Below are positions 13,701 to 24,793 of a stretch of 64,000 nucleotides of DNA, piece by piece. The translations under genes and the position numbers were made by a program. Numbering within the stretch: position 1 is the first letter of the stretch; every line of letters begins with the position of its first letter. Origin of the DNA: Octopus sinensis (taxonomy: Eukaryota); assembly GCF_006345805.1 (NCBI RefSeq), contig NC_043004.1, positions 48,298,001-48,362,000 on the forward strand, read 5' to 3'. The notes under the pieces are model-generated. The model saw only the letters and a list, made by a program, of their open reading frames with translations. It had not been told where the DNA came from and ran no database searches.

Positions 13701-13950
13701 TAACGCTATAACCTTCAACTGAATACCAACGCTGGAAGCTTGTTTGAATTAGTTCACTTTGAAAACGTCATAAGTGATGGATCCTTGATGAAATTGTAGC
13801 GACTAGGATACATAATTGCATACGGAGCAATGTGTGTAGTTGCTACACTTGAAACATATGTTGGTCATTGTTATATATGCTGTAGAAAACTTTTTTTAAT
13901 AAGTTTGGGATGTAAATAAATCTCCATCCTTTTTCGTTTTCAACTGTACA
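10780..13950 (+). mobile_element. Degenerate near full-length Penelope-like element (RT plus GIY-YIG endonuclease)
   Basis: Frame-broken translations IRIPPKKEYIK, GFFKTRKYPPP, ADKTGN, QIDISNYYVSI, FDITMGSTDSAQV, LYRDDAL, NFFDVNLDL..YHKPN, WYIIPFGK..KHFPK, CPLGSDC..IVYRC..FYI..NHLSSF..SLSKLIW..CNLC, in canonical PLE order. Confidence 0.9.
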
Positions 13951-14085
13951 TATATTTAATGTAGAATAACATTTTTCGAAAAAATTTTTTATCAATGGCC
14001 AGCATATCAAAAAATACTTTTAAAGGTTAATTTTATAAACAACTTATAAATAAGGGCAAACGAAAAAAAATATATATATATATAT

Positions 14086-14135
14086 GGCGGTGCCCCAGCA
14101 TGGCCACAGCTCGTGAGCTGAAACTAGAATCAATC
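14086..14135 (+). mobile_element. SINE family A 3' tip followed by a (TATC)n array (about 14165-14295)
   Basis: GGCGGTGCCCCAGCATGGCCACAG...CTGAAAC matches the family A terminus. Confidence 0.7.
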
Positions 14136-14187
14136 AATCAATCATATATGTATACATATACATCTATATCTATCTATATATATACAC

Positions 14188-14291
<104 letters not shown>

Positions 14292-14928
14292 ATATGTATA
14301 CATATACATCTATATCTATCTATCTATATATATATATACAGACACACATATATGTATTGTTTGTAAAAGATATAAATCCGAAACAAGAATCACACTCTAA
14401 GATGTAGAACAGTATAAATTTAAAATGGAGAGGGGCCGGTTTATGGGATTACTCTAGGTTTCCAGTCTATAAAGGGTTTAGCTTTATGGCGTATCATCAG
14501 ATTCCAAAAACCTGTTGGCCCATGACTAAAAATATTTTAAAGAGGTCATGGGTCAACAGGTTTTTCGGGAAACCGAAGGTAATGACTGCCACTATCTCTC
14601 ACTTAGTCGCTTTCAAGCATTAGTTGCGCTTGAATGAAAATATAGATTCGACATACGACCAGATCGACTTACGACCTGTCAGTCAGAACGGAGCTCGGTC
14701 GTAAGTCGTCAAGTTGTATGTATATATATATAATAATAATATTAGGGGAGTATATCCAAAACTTACAGGAAAAATAAGATTTAGGATTAAATCAAATTTC
14801 CAGTATAAATATAAATTGAATAGAGATAAAACCACTATTAGGCAAGTGGTTTATCCCTAAGTTAATTTATATATATTATATATATATTATATATATATAT
14901 TAATATATATATAATGTGTGTGTGGTGT

Positions 14929-14965
<37 letters not shown>

Positions 14966-15158
14966 GGTGTGTGTGTGTGTGTGTGTGTGTTTGTATTCAA
15001 AGGGCAAGACTACTAGGTAGTCGGCCGTATGCAAGAATAGCACCTACGATCAAACTACAAAGAAAAGAATGTTTCTCTCTTCTCTATATATATATATATA
15101 TGCAGATTATACTATATATGTCTGATATGTAGGCAGTGTGTGTGTGTGTGTGTGTGAA

Positions 15159-15436
15159 GGTGAGTGGCCTAGTGGTTTGGTAGATGCACTCACGATCGTT
15201 AGATCGTGCTTTCGATTCCAAGACCGGGTGGCATGTTGTGTTCTTGAGCAAAACACTTAATTTCACGTTGCTCAAGTCTCCTTTTCGGTCAGGGGTCGGG
15301 GAGGGGCAGCGCAAACGTTGGCCTGCTCATTCTGCCAGCGGGATGGTGTCATTCGGTGTCTAAAACGATATAAAACGCATTGTGTCCAGCTACGTGTAAC
15401 AAAACTGATGGTCTGGTCGGTCATGTCACCACTTGA
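15159..15436 (+). mobile_element. tRNA-derived SINE, family C
   Basis: A box TGGCCTAGTGG, B box TTCGATTCC, core GTGTTCTTGAGCAAAACACTT shared with 16793 and 52605. Confidence 0.75.
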
Positions 15437-15452
15437 TATATATATGTGTGCA

Positions 15453-15678
15453 TATTCTTTTATTTGTTTAGTCATTTGACTACGGCCATGCTGGAACATC
15501 ACCTTTTAAAATTCTTTTTAGTCGAAGATGTCTACCCCAGGACTTATTCTTTGTAAGCCTAGTACTTAGTCTATCGGTTCTCTTCTGCCGCATTGCTAAG
15601 TTACGGGGATGTAAATACACCAACATCGGTTGTCAATCGATGGTGGGGCACAAATATAGACACAAACACACACACACA

Positions 15679-15731
<53 letters not shown>

Positions 15732-15870
15732 CACGTACGCACACATACAGCGTGCTTCTTTCAGTTTTCTTCTACGAAATCCACTACAAGGCTTATGGTC
15801 GGCTCGAGGCTATTGTAGAAGACATTTGCCCAAGGTGCCATGCAGTGGGACTGAACCAGGAACTATGTGA
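15453..15870 (-). mobile_element. SINE family A (head truncated)
   Basis: Reverse complement of the 17364 copy with an internal (CA)n. Confidence 0.85.
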
Positions 15871-15899
15871 TACACACACATGAAATTCTAATTAAAAGA

Positions 15900-16126
15900 C
15901 AAAGAAGGTTGTCGTATATATATATATATATATATACCCCCACCATCGCTTGACAACCGATATTGGTGTATTTACGTCCCCTAACTTAGCGTTTCAGCAA
16001 AGTAACAAATAGAATAAATACTAAGCTTGCAAAGAATAAGCCATGGAGTCGATTCGTTCGACTAAAGGCGGTGCTCCTGCATGGCCACAGTCTAATGACT
16101 GAAACCAGTAAAAGAATAAAAGAATG
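15900..16126 (+). mobile_element. SINE family A 3' half
   Basis: ATCGCTTGACAACCG...GACTAAAGGCGGTGCTCC...GACTGAAAC. Confidence 0.85.
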
Positions 16127-16792
16127 AGTTTAGTATAGCTCTAATTTCTAGTTACCCTTGTTTGCACGCAAACATTTCATATGTGAAGTCACGTAATATT
16201 TCCGGTTTATGCATTAGAGCGGCAGTGGTATCGAACCTTGAGCCAAGTGGTTGGCTGCAAGGCAAATTTCAAACGCACAGCCATGTGTGCACATTTATGA
16301 CGCATACACAGGGCACCTGAATATGGAATTGTACTTCACAACAGCATCTTATCTATAATGATAAAAGCGAAATTCTGTCTGCCCTCTGAGACTCCTGTAT
16401 CTCAGTCTAAATTTGTTCTATATAGACATATTATACCTTTTTGGAATCAGATGATCCCGGGACTGAAAATCTGTCCTTTATTTTGGTTCTTGAACATCCA
16501 GCATTGGGGCCTGATTTAAAAGCATTTAGGTTGCTATTTCTAGCAGATAATGCTTCGCTGATTCATGCCATCCTGGTTGGCATTTTTGTCAGATGACGTC
16601 AGAGATCAAATGGGAGATAAATGACATTCGTTTCGTTAATTTTACGCCGTGAGAAGAACTTTGGGACAAATTGGTCAACAGATAGAATTCAACTTGGGAC
16701 TGGAACAATAGAAGGATTGCATTACAGAATTAATTCTCACCCGTCCTTAATCTCTGATCAAACACCACCGGGGCTTATATATATATATAAAT

Positions 16793-17032
16793 GTTTCTTC
16801 TCGAGCCATGCCAGGCTCATAAGGGCCGGTTTCCCGGTTTCAGTGGCGTAGAAATTCCCCACCTGGACGGGACGCCGGTCCGTCGTAGGATTACTCATTT
16901 TTGCCAGCTGAGTGGATTGGAGCAACGTGAAAATGAAGTGTTTTGCTCAAGAACACAGCGCATCGCCCGGTCCAGGAATCGAAACCACAACCTTACGATC
17001 ATGAGTTCAACACCCTAACCACTAAGCCACAC
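16793..17032 (-). mobile_element. SINE family C, well preserved
   Basis: Minus strand GTGGCTTAGTGGTTAGGGTG...TTTCGATTCC...GTGTTCTTGAGCAAAACACTT...GACGGACCGGCGTCCCGTCCAGG. Confidence 0.85.
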
Positions 17033-17363
17033 CGAGGCATATAGTCATTATAGACTTATTATGGTCATGCTATTTAGCTCCCCGCAGGAGCCGGCTCAAA
17101 AGTCTGCACGGAGTGCCGCTTTTAAATTAGTTGCTAATAATGTTATTACCGCTTAGAACAATGCTAATGATACTCATGTCCAATAATTTTTATGCTTCGT
17201 CCAATTAGGTTCTGAGTAAAAACTTAGACCCAACCTCCGCTAGAATATCTGGTTCTTGTAATAAATTCGTTTCTTCTCTTTTCTTTATGCTTCTATCACT
17301 TTTTAAATTCCATCCTCTTCCAGTCTTTTTTCTCTTCTTTTATCATCCAACATAGATGATATA

Positions 17364-17785
17364 GGCGTAGGAGTGGCTGTGTGGTAAGTAGCTTGCTTAC
17401 GAACCACATGGTTCCGGGTTCAGTCCCACTGCGTGGCCTCTTGGGCAAGTGTCTTCTACTATAGCTTCGGGCCGACCAAAGCCTTGTGAGTGGATTTGGT
17501 AGACGGAAACTGAAAGAAGCCCGTCGTATATATATATGTTTATATATGTATGTGTGTGTATGTGTTTGTGTGTTTGTGTTTGTCCCCCAACATCGCTTGA
17601 CAACCGATGGTGGTGTGTTTACGTCCCCGTAACTTAGCGATTCGGCAAAAGAGACCGATAGAATAAGTACTAGGCTTACAACGAATAAGTCCTGGGGTCG
17701 ATTTGCTCGACTAAAAGGCGGTGCTCCAGCATGGCCACAGTCGCATGACTGAAACAAGTAAAAGAGAAAAGTAAAAGAGTAAGAG
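17364..17785 (+). mobile_element. Full-length SINE family A (octopus OK/OR-type tRNA-derived SINE; exact family name not assigned)
   Basis: A box TGGCTGTGTGG, B box GGTTCAGTCCC, CORE-like TTGGGCAAGTGTCTT, internal TA/TG tract, (AAAAGAG)-type tail; about ten related copies in the window. Confidence 0.9.
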
Positions 17786-17989
17786 ATAAATTTCTCGATA
17801 AGCGATCCGCCTCACCACCCACGGAAACAGACACAAATCTCAGAAACATGTCCCCTACTGATCTTCGCAAATGCTATCAAACAAAATTTTGAATTACTCA
17901 ACATTTTCCTCCGTCACTATTTTTGTTGTTGTTTTCGATTATCTATCTCTGCCTTTCATTCTTCCATCCCCAACTGCCTCCTCCTCACT

Positions 17990-18123
17990 ATCAACGAATT
18001 ACTCCTCCCACGTGTCTATATCTCTCCATTCCCCCCCGCCTCACAACCCTCACATTTTTCTCCATTCCATTCGTAGTTTCTCCACAATATTGTCGAATTA
18101 CTCCCCATCTCATTCGCCACACC

Positions 18124-18154
<31 letters not shown>

Positions 18155-18540
18155 CTTCTTCTTCTTCTTCTTCTTCTCTTCTCTTCTTTCTCCTCTCCTC
18201 CTTTTCTTCTTCTTCTTCTTTCTTCTTCTTCTTCTCTTCTCCTCCTCCTCTCCATCTCCTCCTCTTCCTCCTCGCCCTTCCTTTCTTCTCCCCTCCCTTC
18301 TCCTCCTCCTTCTCCATCTCCTGTTTATCCTCTATTCCCTTCCTGTCTTCTTCTAACTTTTTCTCATTCTCTTTACCTCTGTTATCCTTATCCTGTATCC
18401 TCTCCTTCCATTTTTCACTTTAGCTCCCGTTATTTCCCCCACCCCACCCCATTCCCCCTCTTTTCACAGCCTTCCCCTTTATTACCTCCTCCTCCTCCTC
18501 CTCCTCCTCCCCCTCCTCCTCTTCCTCCTCATCTATAACT
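17990..18540. repeat. CT-rich low-complexity tract with (CTT)n and (CCT)n
   Basis: Directly visible. Confidence 0.9.
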
Positions 18541-18679
18541 CCTTTTTCTCTCCACCATTAATTCGCTAAATACTTTTAACACATCAGCTTCTTCACACGT
18601 AAAAACAATGTCTTTTTTTTCTAATATTGTAATTCCATAGGTGAGAGAGTAGAGAGAGAAAGATATATACACGTGTGTG

Positions 18680-18721
<42 letters not shown>

Positions 18722-19061
18722 AGTATGCATGTGTATGTGGGACTGAGAATTCCTTACCACCGTCCTACATACAAGTCTACCGCAACAATCAACATCCACA
18801 GGCTAGAAGTATCTAATCGAAAATAACAAAAGCTAATAACGTTAATCACAATTCCTCTTTTTGTTAGGCAAAACTAGTTTTTAAATGCATAACTGAGCAA
18901 TATGGTGTATCTCAAGGGAAACACTGGAAGACATTGATTAAGTGCAGACTCCAAGATTCGTCTGTAAGAGTTCCTATGATTTGGTCAACGGAGTTTATAA
19001 ATCATATTAGATTTTTGCCTGTGGTTTTTTTGAATCTAGTTTTTGCTTCGGAAATAATAAT

Positions 19062-19431
19062 AATGATGATGATGACGACGACGATGATGGTGGTGGTGGC
19101 GGTAGTGATGATGATGATGATGACGATGACGACGATGATGGTGGTGGTGGCGGTAGTGATGATGATGATGATGATAATGACGACGATGATGGTGGTGGTG
19201 GCGGTAGTGATGATGATGATGATGATGATGACGACGATGATGGTGGCGGTGGCGGTAGTGATGATGATGATGACGACGATGATGGTGTTGGTGGCGGTAG
19301 TGATGATGATGATGATGATGACGACGATGATGGTGGTGGTGGCGGTAGTGATGATGATGATGATGATGACGACGATGATGGTGGTGGTGGCGGTAGTGAT
19401 GATGATGATGATGATGATGACGACGACGACA

Positions 19432-19466
<35 letters not shown>

Positions 19467-19546
19467 AATGACGACGACGATGATGGTGGTGGTGGTAGTG
19501 ATGATGATGATGATGATGACGACGATGATAGTGGTGGTGGCGGTTG

Positions 19547-19577
<31 letters not shown>
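19062..19577. repeat. Triplet-based higher-order minisatellite (GAT)n-GAC-GAT-(GGT)n-GGC-GGT-AGT
   Basis: About ten reiterations of the GGTGGCGGTAGT marker separated by variable GAT/GAC runs. Confidence 0.9.
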
Positions 19578-19930
19578 AAGACAAACGGACATTTCTGGCT
19601 GTTAATCTTGAATATTTTCTTTATTTTGAATTAAAAAAAAAAAACTGTGACTTATAAGATTTATTAGTTATTTAATGTTGTAATAATAAGACCGCTAAAT
19701 GGCTGCTCAAGGTTTTCCAATTTTTTTTTCTTTTTAAATATCTTTTTATTACTGATCAGTTTGAGGAAAAAGTTAATATAATATAATATAATATGATATA
19801 ATATAATATAATACAGTATAATATAGTGTAGTATAATACAATATAATATGAAAATAATAAATATTATCTGCTAGAGCATATATTTTGTGTGATTTAAGAA
19901 TTACTTGGAGCTGATCTGACTTCTCGGGAC

Positions 19931-20327
19931 TGTTTACTCTTTTACTTGTTTCAGTCATTTGACTGCGGCCATGCTGGAGCACCGCCTTTAGTCGAGCAAA
20001 TCGACCCCAGGACTTATTCTTTTTTGTAAGCCCTGTACTTATTCTATCGGTCTCTTTTTGCCGAACCGCTAAGTGACGGGGACGTAAACACACCAGCATC
20101 GGTTGTCAAGCAATGCTAGGGGGTACAAACACAGACACACAAACATATATACACACACACATACATATATATAAATACATATATACGACGGGTTTCTCTC
20201 AGTTTCCGTCTACCAAATCCACTCACAAGGCATTGGTCGGCCTGATGCTATAGCAGAAGACACTTGCCCAAGATGCCACGCAGTGGGACTGAACCCGGAA
20301 CCATGTGGTTTGTAAGAAAGCTACTAA
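19931..20327 (-). mobile_element. SINE family A
   Basis: Near-identical reverse complement of the 17364 copy; lacks the first roughly 25 nt of the head. Confidence 0.9.
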
Positions 20328-20642
20328 GCGGTTGATTCTAATTTAGGCTAAGAAAAATAAAAAAAAACCTATTCTTCATCTAAATAATAAATTAGCTATT
20401 CAGTTTACTTGAGAAATAATGTATGTATGTATGTATGTATGTATGTATGTATGTATGTATGTATGTATGTATGTATGTATGTATGTATGTATGTATGTAT
20501 ATATGCATGTATATATTTTTGTATGTATGTATGCACATACATATATATATATATATATATATTTCCTGAGCGCCATACTAATACAATTGTTCGTTTGTTT
20601 TCCACCTGCCTTCGTCTTTTGTTTTTTTCATAAAGCTTCCCG

Positions 20643-20690
<48 letters not shown>

Positions 20691-20708
20691 ATATATATAT
20701 ATATATAG

Positions 20709-20741
<33 letters not shown>

Positions 20742-20833
20742 TTATATATTATATACATACACACAGTTTACAAATCATATTACATTCGCTGTTAATAGCA
20801 AATTTCTCATTATATGATGTATGTATGTATGCA

Positions 20834-20870
<37 letters not shown>

Positions 20871-20950
20871 CGAATTTCTCATTATTTGTAGTAAAGCCTT
20901 TGCGAATATTTTTTGTACTTATATGAAAGGGTATATTTACTTCATCAGGG

Positions 20951-21021
<71 letters not shown>

Positions 21022-22809
21022 TAGATTGGTTTTAGAAAATGAAAACGTAACAGAAAGTAAAGTTCTTCTTATTGTTGTTATTGTAGCTGTGGTGTTGGTA
21101 TTATTGCTGGTGTGGGTGATATTAGTGTTGTTGTTGTTGGTGGTGGTGTTGTTGTTATTGTTGTTATTTTTGTTGTTGTTACTGAGCTGATTGAATGAGT
21201 AATCAGTTAATTAAAGATTTACTATGACTCAAGCTCCCGATTTAAATTCATAATAACAGAACCGGATGGCACCAGAAAGTCATGGGAATCCACGAAAACT
21301 GAAAAAAAAAAAAAAAAAAAAAAAAAATTACAGGTGTTTTTTGCACTTCTTGTGTTGGCGTTGTTATCAATATAAGCCATGATCGTGCCAGCAAGATTCC
21401 AGGTGGTGTAAGATGCATTTAAGAATCCGGTCTGAAGAACGCTACTTTGGTAAGTAAGAGTTGTTTCACTTATTACAGAAGACACCCTATTCTCTCCAAA
21501 GAAGAAAAAAAAATCAGTTAGAGATTTAGGATGGAGATGCTGGGATAATTGTTAAAGAAAATGTCAAAAAAATGGATTTTATGTCCGCAGGTCTAATGTG
21601 ACACATACATACATACAGCTCAAAAAGTGTATAAATCAGGTTCATTTGCATTAATTGAGAGAAAAAAAAAGTTCCGGAAATCGAGCTGGTCAAGTTTTTG
21701 TCAATGTAATTTCTGAAGAATTTACTGACTACCAAGTAGCTTCTGAATTCGATGCCGATATACTACTGCAGTACACATCGGTGCTGAACTTTGTTGGTGT
21801 TAGCATCCATTTATGCTTCGCTGAAGGCTGTGATGGTGTCTCGGTAATGGGTGGTAAAATCGCTGGTGTATGTCTTTGTCTCATTTACAGTCTACATGTC
21901 ACCGATTGTCACTGATTGCATTAAAAAAATGTAAAAAGCAGTAAGATACCAAACCATCGCAGAGTCAGACTAAAGGAATGTCACTTCTGTCATTTTCGTC
22001 TGTAATCTTTTGTGTTCTTTTCATCTTTGAACAAGTTCTGCTACGAATCAAGCGTCTTTTATAGATGTTGACTGGTTATGAATGCAACAAGCAAATTCAT
22101 ATCCAGTTGCGTTGATTGTTTTGGTGGCTTACGATCAAGCAACAAGCTACTGAGCTTATTACAATCAGATCGTTTTGGAGAAGCCAAAAGAGAAAGGGGC
22201 GCAATTGGCGACCATATTAGAAGTAGGCAGACAAGCAACGAAGATATCTTCACCGATTTCCGCCTTTCTCGCCAGACCTTACTCAGGATGTTACAAAACG
22301 TTGACACTGGCGCTTGTCGGATAATGGGGAAAAGCGGCCACCACAACTCGTTTTAATAACAGAGATATTATCTAAAAGCCTTAGTGAAATAACTCGTATT
22401 TTGCAAAGACTAACAAAAGCAAGCCAAGTTTTGAACAAAGCATGGAAATTATAAAAAAATCTATAATAGTAGTGCTGAATTGTTATTGCGAAGAATTAGA
22501 AGTAAGTTGAAGACAATGTGGTCAACGCCTGGTGTGTGTATTACAAAATAGAAAATATATTATTTGATGCAGTTAGTCTGGTGTTTATAACACCTTCGCC
22601 GTGGATAGTAAGCATTTCGTTATCTTCGCACATAGAAAAATGAGATTGCTTTAATATGTTTCAAAACTGGTTGGCCGTTCTTAAGGAAAGAAGCACTTCC
22701 CATTCTTTTGCGAACGAAAAGAGATCCATAGTAATCACTATTAAAATCAGCCACAAACTAGCTGAAATACTGTAAAAATTTGCATCTACCTTAGAACCCC
22801 GAAAACAAC

Positions 22810-23503
22810 TGCAATAAGAACCTCATCAAATAATTGACCAATGATCTATTACTTGCTTTCTAATTCATTAGTTGATCTTATCTGTAGACTGTTCAACACT
22901 AGACCAAGCGACGTCTCCAGAGTTTAACTGCAAAATTTTCCGCCCATTCAAAGTTATTTTCCATAGGTGTACGTATAAGAGATATCATTTATAAAATCTT
23001 TCAAACTCTTCTGACATTTTTTTCAGTGCTTTTGCCATTTTCTTCAAGTTTTACCAGCAAGGAGTCTGCATCTTGGGGTAGAATTTCAGAGTATTTTCCT
23101 TCGTTCTATATTTGTCATTAAATTTTGAAATATTTGCAATTGATTTGTTGAGAAGGTTGAGCTGTCCATGTGCAAACCATTAATATATTTATCTGAAATC
23201 CTTTCCAAAGAATTGTCTTAACACTTCTAGAATTTCAAACCAGACAAAAAAAGAAAGAATTCATTCATCTGTTGGTAGCATTGATAAAATAATAAAATAA
23301 TAAACAAATAAATTACTGGTATTATCATGTTGTAAAAGCTTGTTGCATTTCACTCACGCAAAATCGAAAAATTCCTTTAACCGCGTTACACGAAATGTGT
23401 TTATGTGGAAATATTTCACAATCTTGGCGATAATTGCTTCCATATGAACTGACAACACACCAGAAGCTGCCTGGGTAGAACTGTGCTCAAAGTGTGCACC
23501 ACA
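22810..23503 (-). pseudogene. Decayed hAT-superfamily transposase fragment (ZNF862-like/Tip100-like group)
   Basis: Minus translation CGAHFEHSSTQAASGVLSVHMEAIIAKIVKYFHINTFRVTRLKEFFDF (CxxH motif), then after frameshifts KLLQHDNT, LSMLP, NQLQIFQN, ILPQDADSLLVKLEENG, VAWSSVEQS, QLFDEV, in the order expected for this transposase group. Confidence 0.7.
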
Positions 23504-23589
23504 TCAGTCAGATATGAATATACTACATTGATGAAAGTAGTGAATATACTACATTGATGCAAACTAATACAGTCATTGTATCATCGGAT

Positions 23590-23700
23590 AAAATACCTTG
23601 TGGTGTTTATTTCGACTGTCAGCGCCCTGAGTTCATATCTCGCCAAGGTCATCTTTGCATTTTCCCCCCATCGTTTCGGGGTCCATAAAATGCAGCAGTG
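23590..23700 (+). mobile_element. SINE family B remnant
   Basis: CTGAGTTCATATCTCGCCAAGGTCATCTTTGCATTT...TTTCGGGGTCCATAAAAT. Confidence 0.55.
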
Positions 23701-23852
23701 CATGGTGGTGGGTTTACAGGATTGTCAGGACAGGGGCGGGATGGCTGCAATATCTCTTTTGGTGTTTTTGCTTTGTGACGTAACACCTCAAACGACATTA
23801 GTGCCCAGCTGTATCGATCTTTCTTTCTCTTGGACAATATCGGTGTTGTGGA

Positions 23853-24082
23853 GAAAGAGAGAGAAAGAGAGAGAGAGAGAGAGGAAAGAACAGGAAAGAG
23901 AGCGGAAGAGAGAGAGAGAGAGAGTGGGAGAGAGAAAGGGAGAGAGAGAGAGAGAAAGGGAGTGAGAGAGGAAAGAAAGGGAGAGAGAGAGCGGAAGAGA
24001 GAGGGAGAGAGAAAGAGTGAGAAAGAGAAAGAGTGAGAGAGAGAAAGGGAGAGAGAGATAGGAAGGCAGAGAGAGAAGAAGG

Positions 24083-24124
<42 letters not shown>

Positions 24125-24140
24125 AAGGGAGAAAGGGAGA
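23853..24140. repeat. GA-rich low-complexity tract
   Basis: Directly visible. Confidence 0.9.
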
Positions 24141-24282
24141 GCAAGCTCGAATGCATGGGTAAATGTTACTCTTCAATAAAACCTTGTCCAGATCCGTGAT
24201 TCGGAAAGGAGCTTTCCAGATGTAAACCCACTGGACACACTAAGGTACCGGATGCGTATATATTGAAAGAGTTAATTTATTT

Positions 24283-24336
<54 letters not shown>

Positions 24337-24339
<3 letters not shown>

Positions 24340-24500
24340 CGGGCTTCTTTCAGGTTCCGTCTACCAAATCCACTCACAAAACTTTGTCAGCCCGAAGCTA
24401 TATTAGAAGACATTTACCCAAGGTGCCACGCAATAGGACTGAACCTGGAATCATGTGGTTGGGAAGCAAGCTTCTTACCACACTGTCACGCCTGCACCTA
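24337..24500 (-). mobile_element. SINE family A 5' half
   Basis: Reverse complement of head and core; ends in a (CA)n. Confidence 0.85.
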
Positions 24501-24709
24501 AGTATGTATGTATGTATGTATGTATGTATGTATGTATGTATGTATGTATGTATGTGTCTATGTATGTATGTATGTATGTATGTATGCATGTATGTGTGTA
24601 TGTATGTATGTATGCATGAGTGTATGTATGCATGTATGCAGGTATGTACGTATGTATGTATGCATGCATGTATGTATGTATGTATGTACGTATGTATGTA
24701 TGTATATGC

Positions 24710-24793
<84 letters not shown>

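Noticed and set aside
16348-16780. TC-starting segment resembling a non-autonomous Helitron 5' end (similar impression at about 10000-10380)
   Set aside because: No clear 3' hairpin plus CTRR terminus found
17364-17440. tRNA-like heads with A and B boxes (also in families B and C)
   Set aside because: No complete cloverleaf, and they continue into SINE bodies; these are SINE promoters, not tRNA genes
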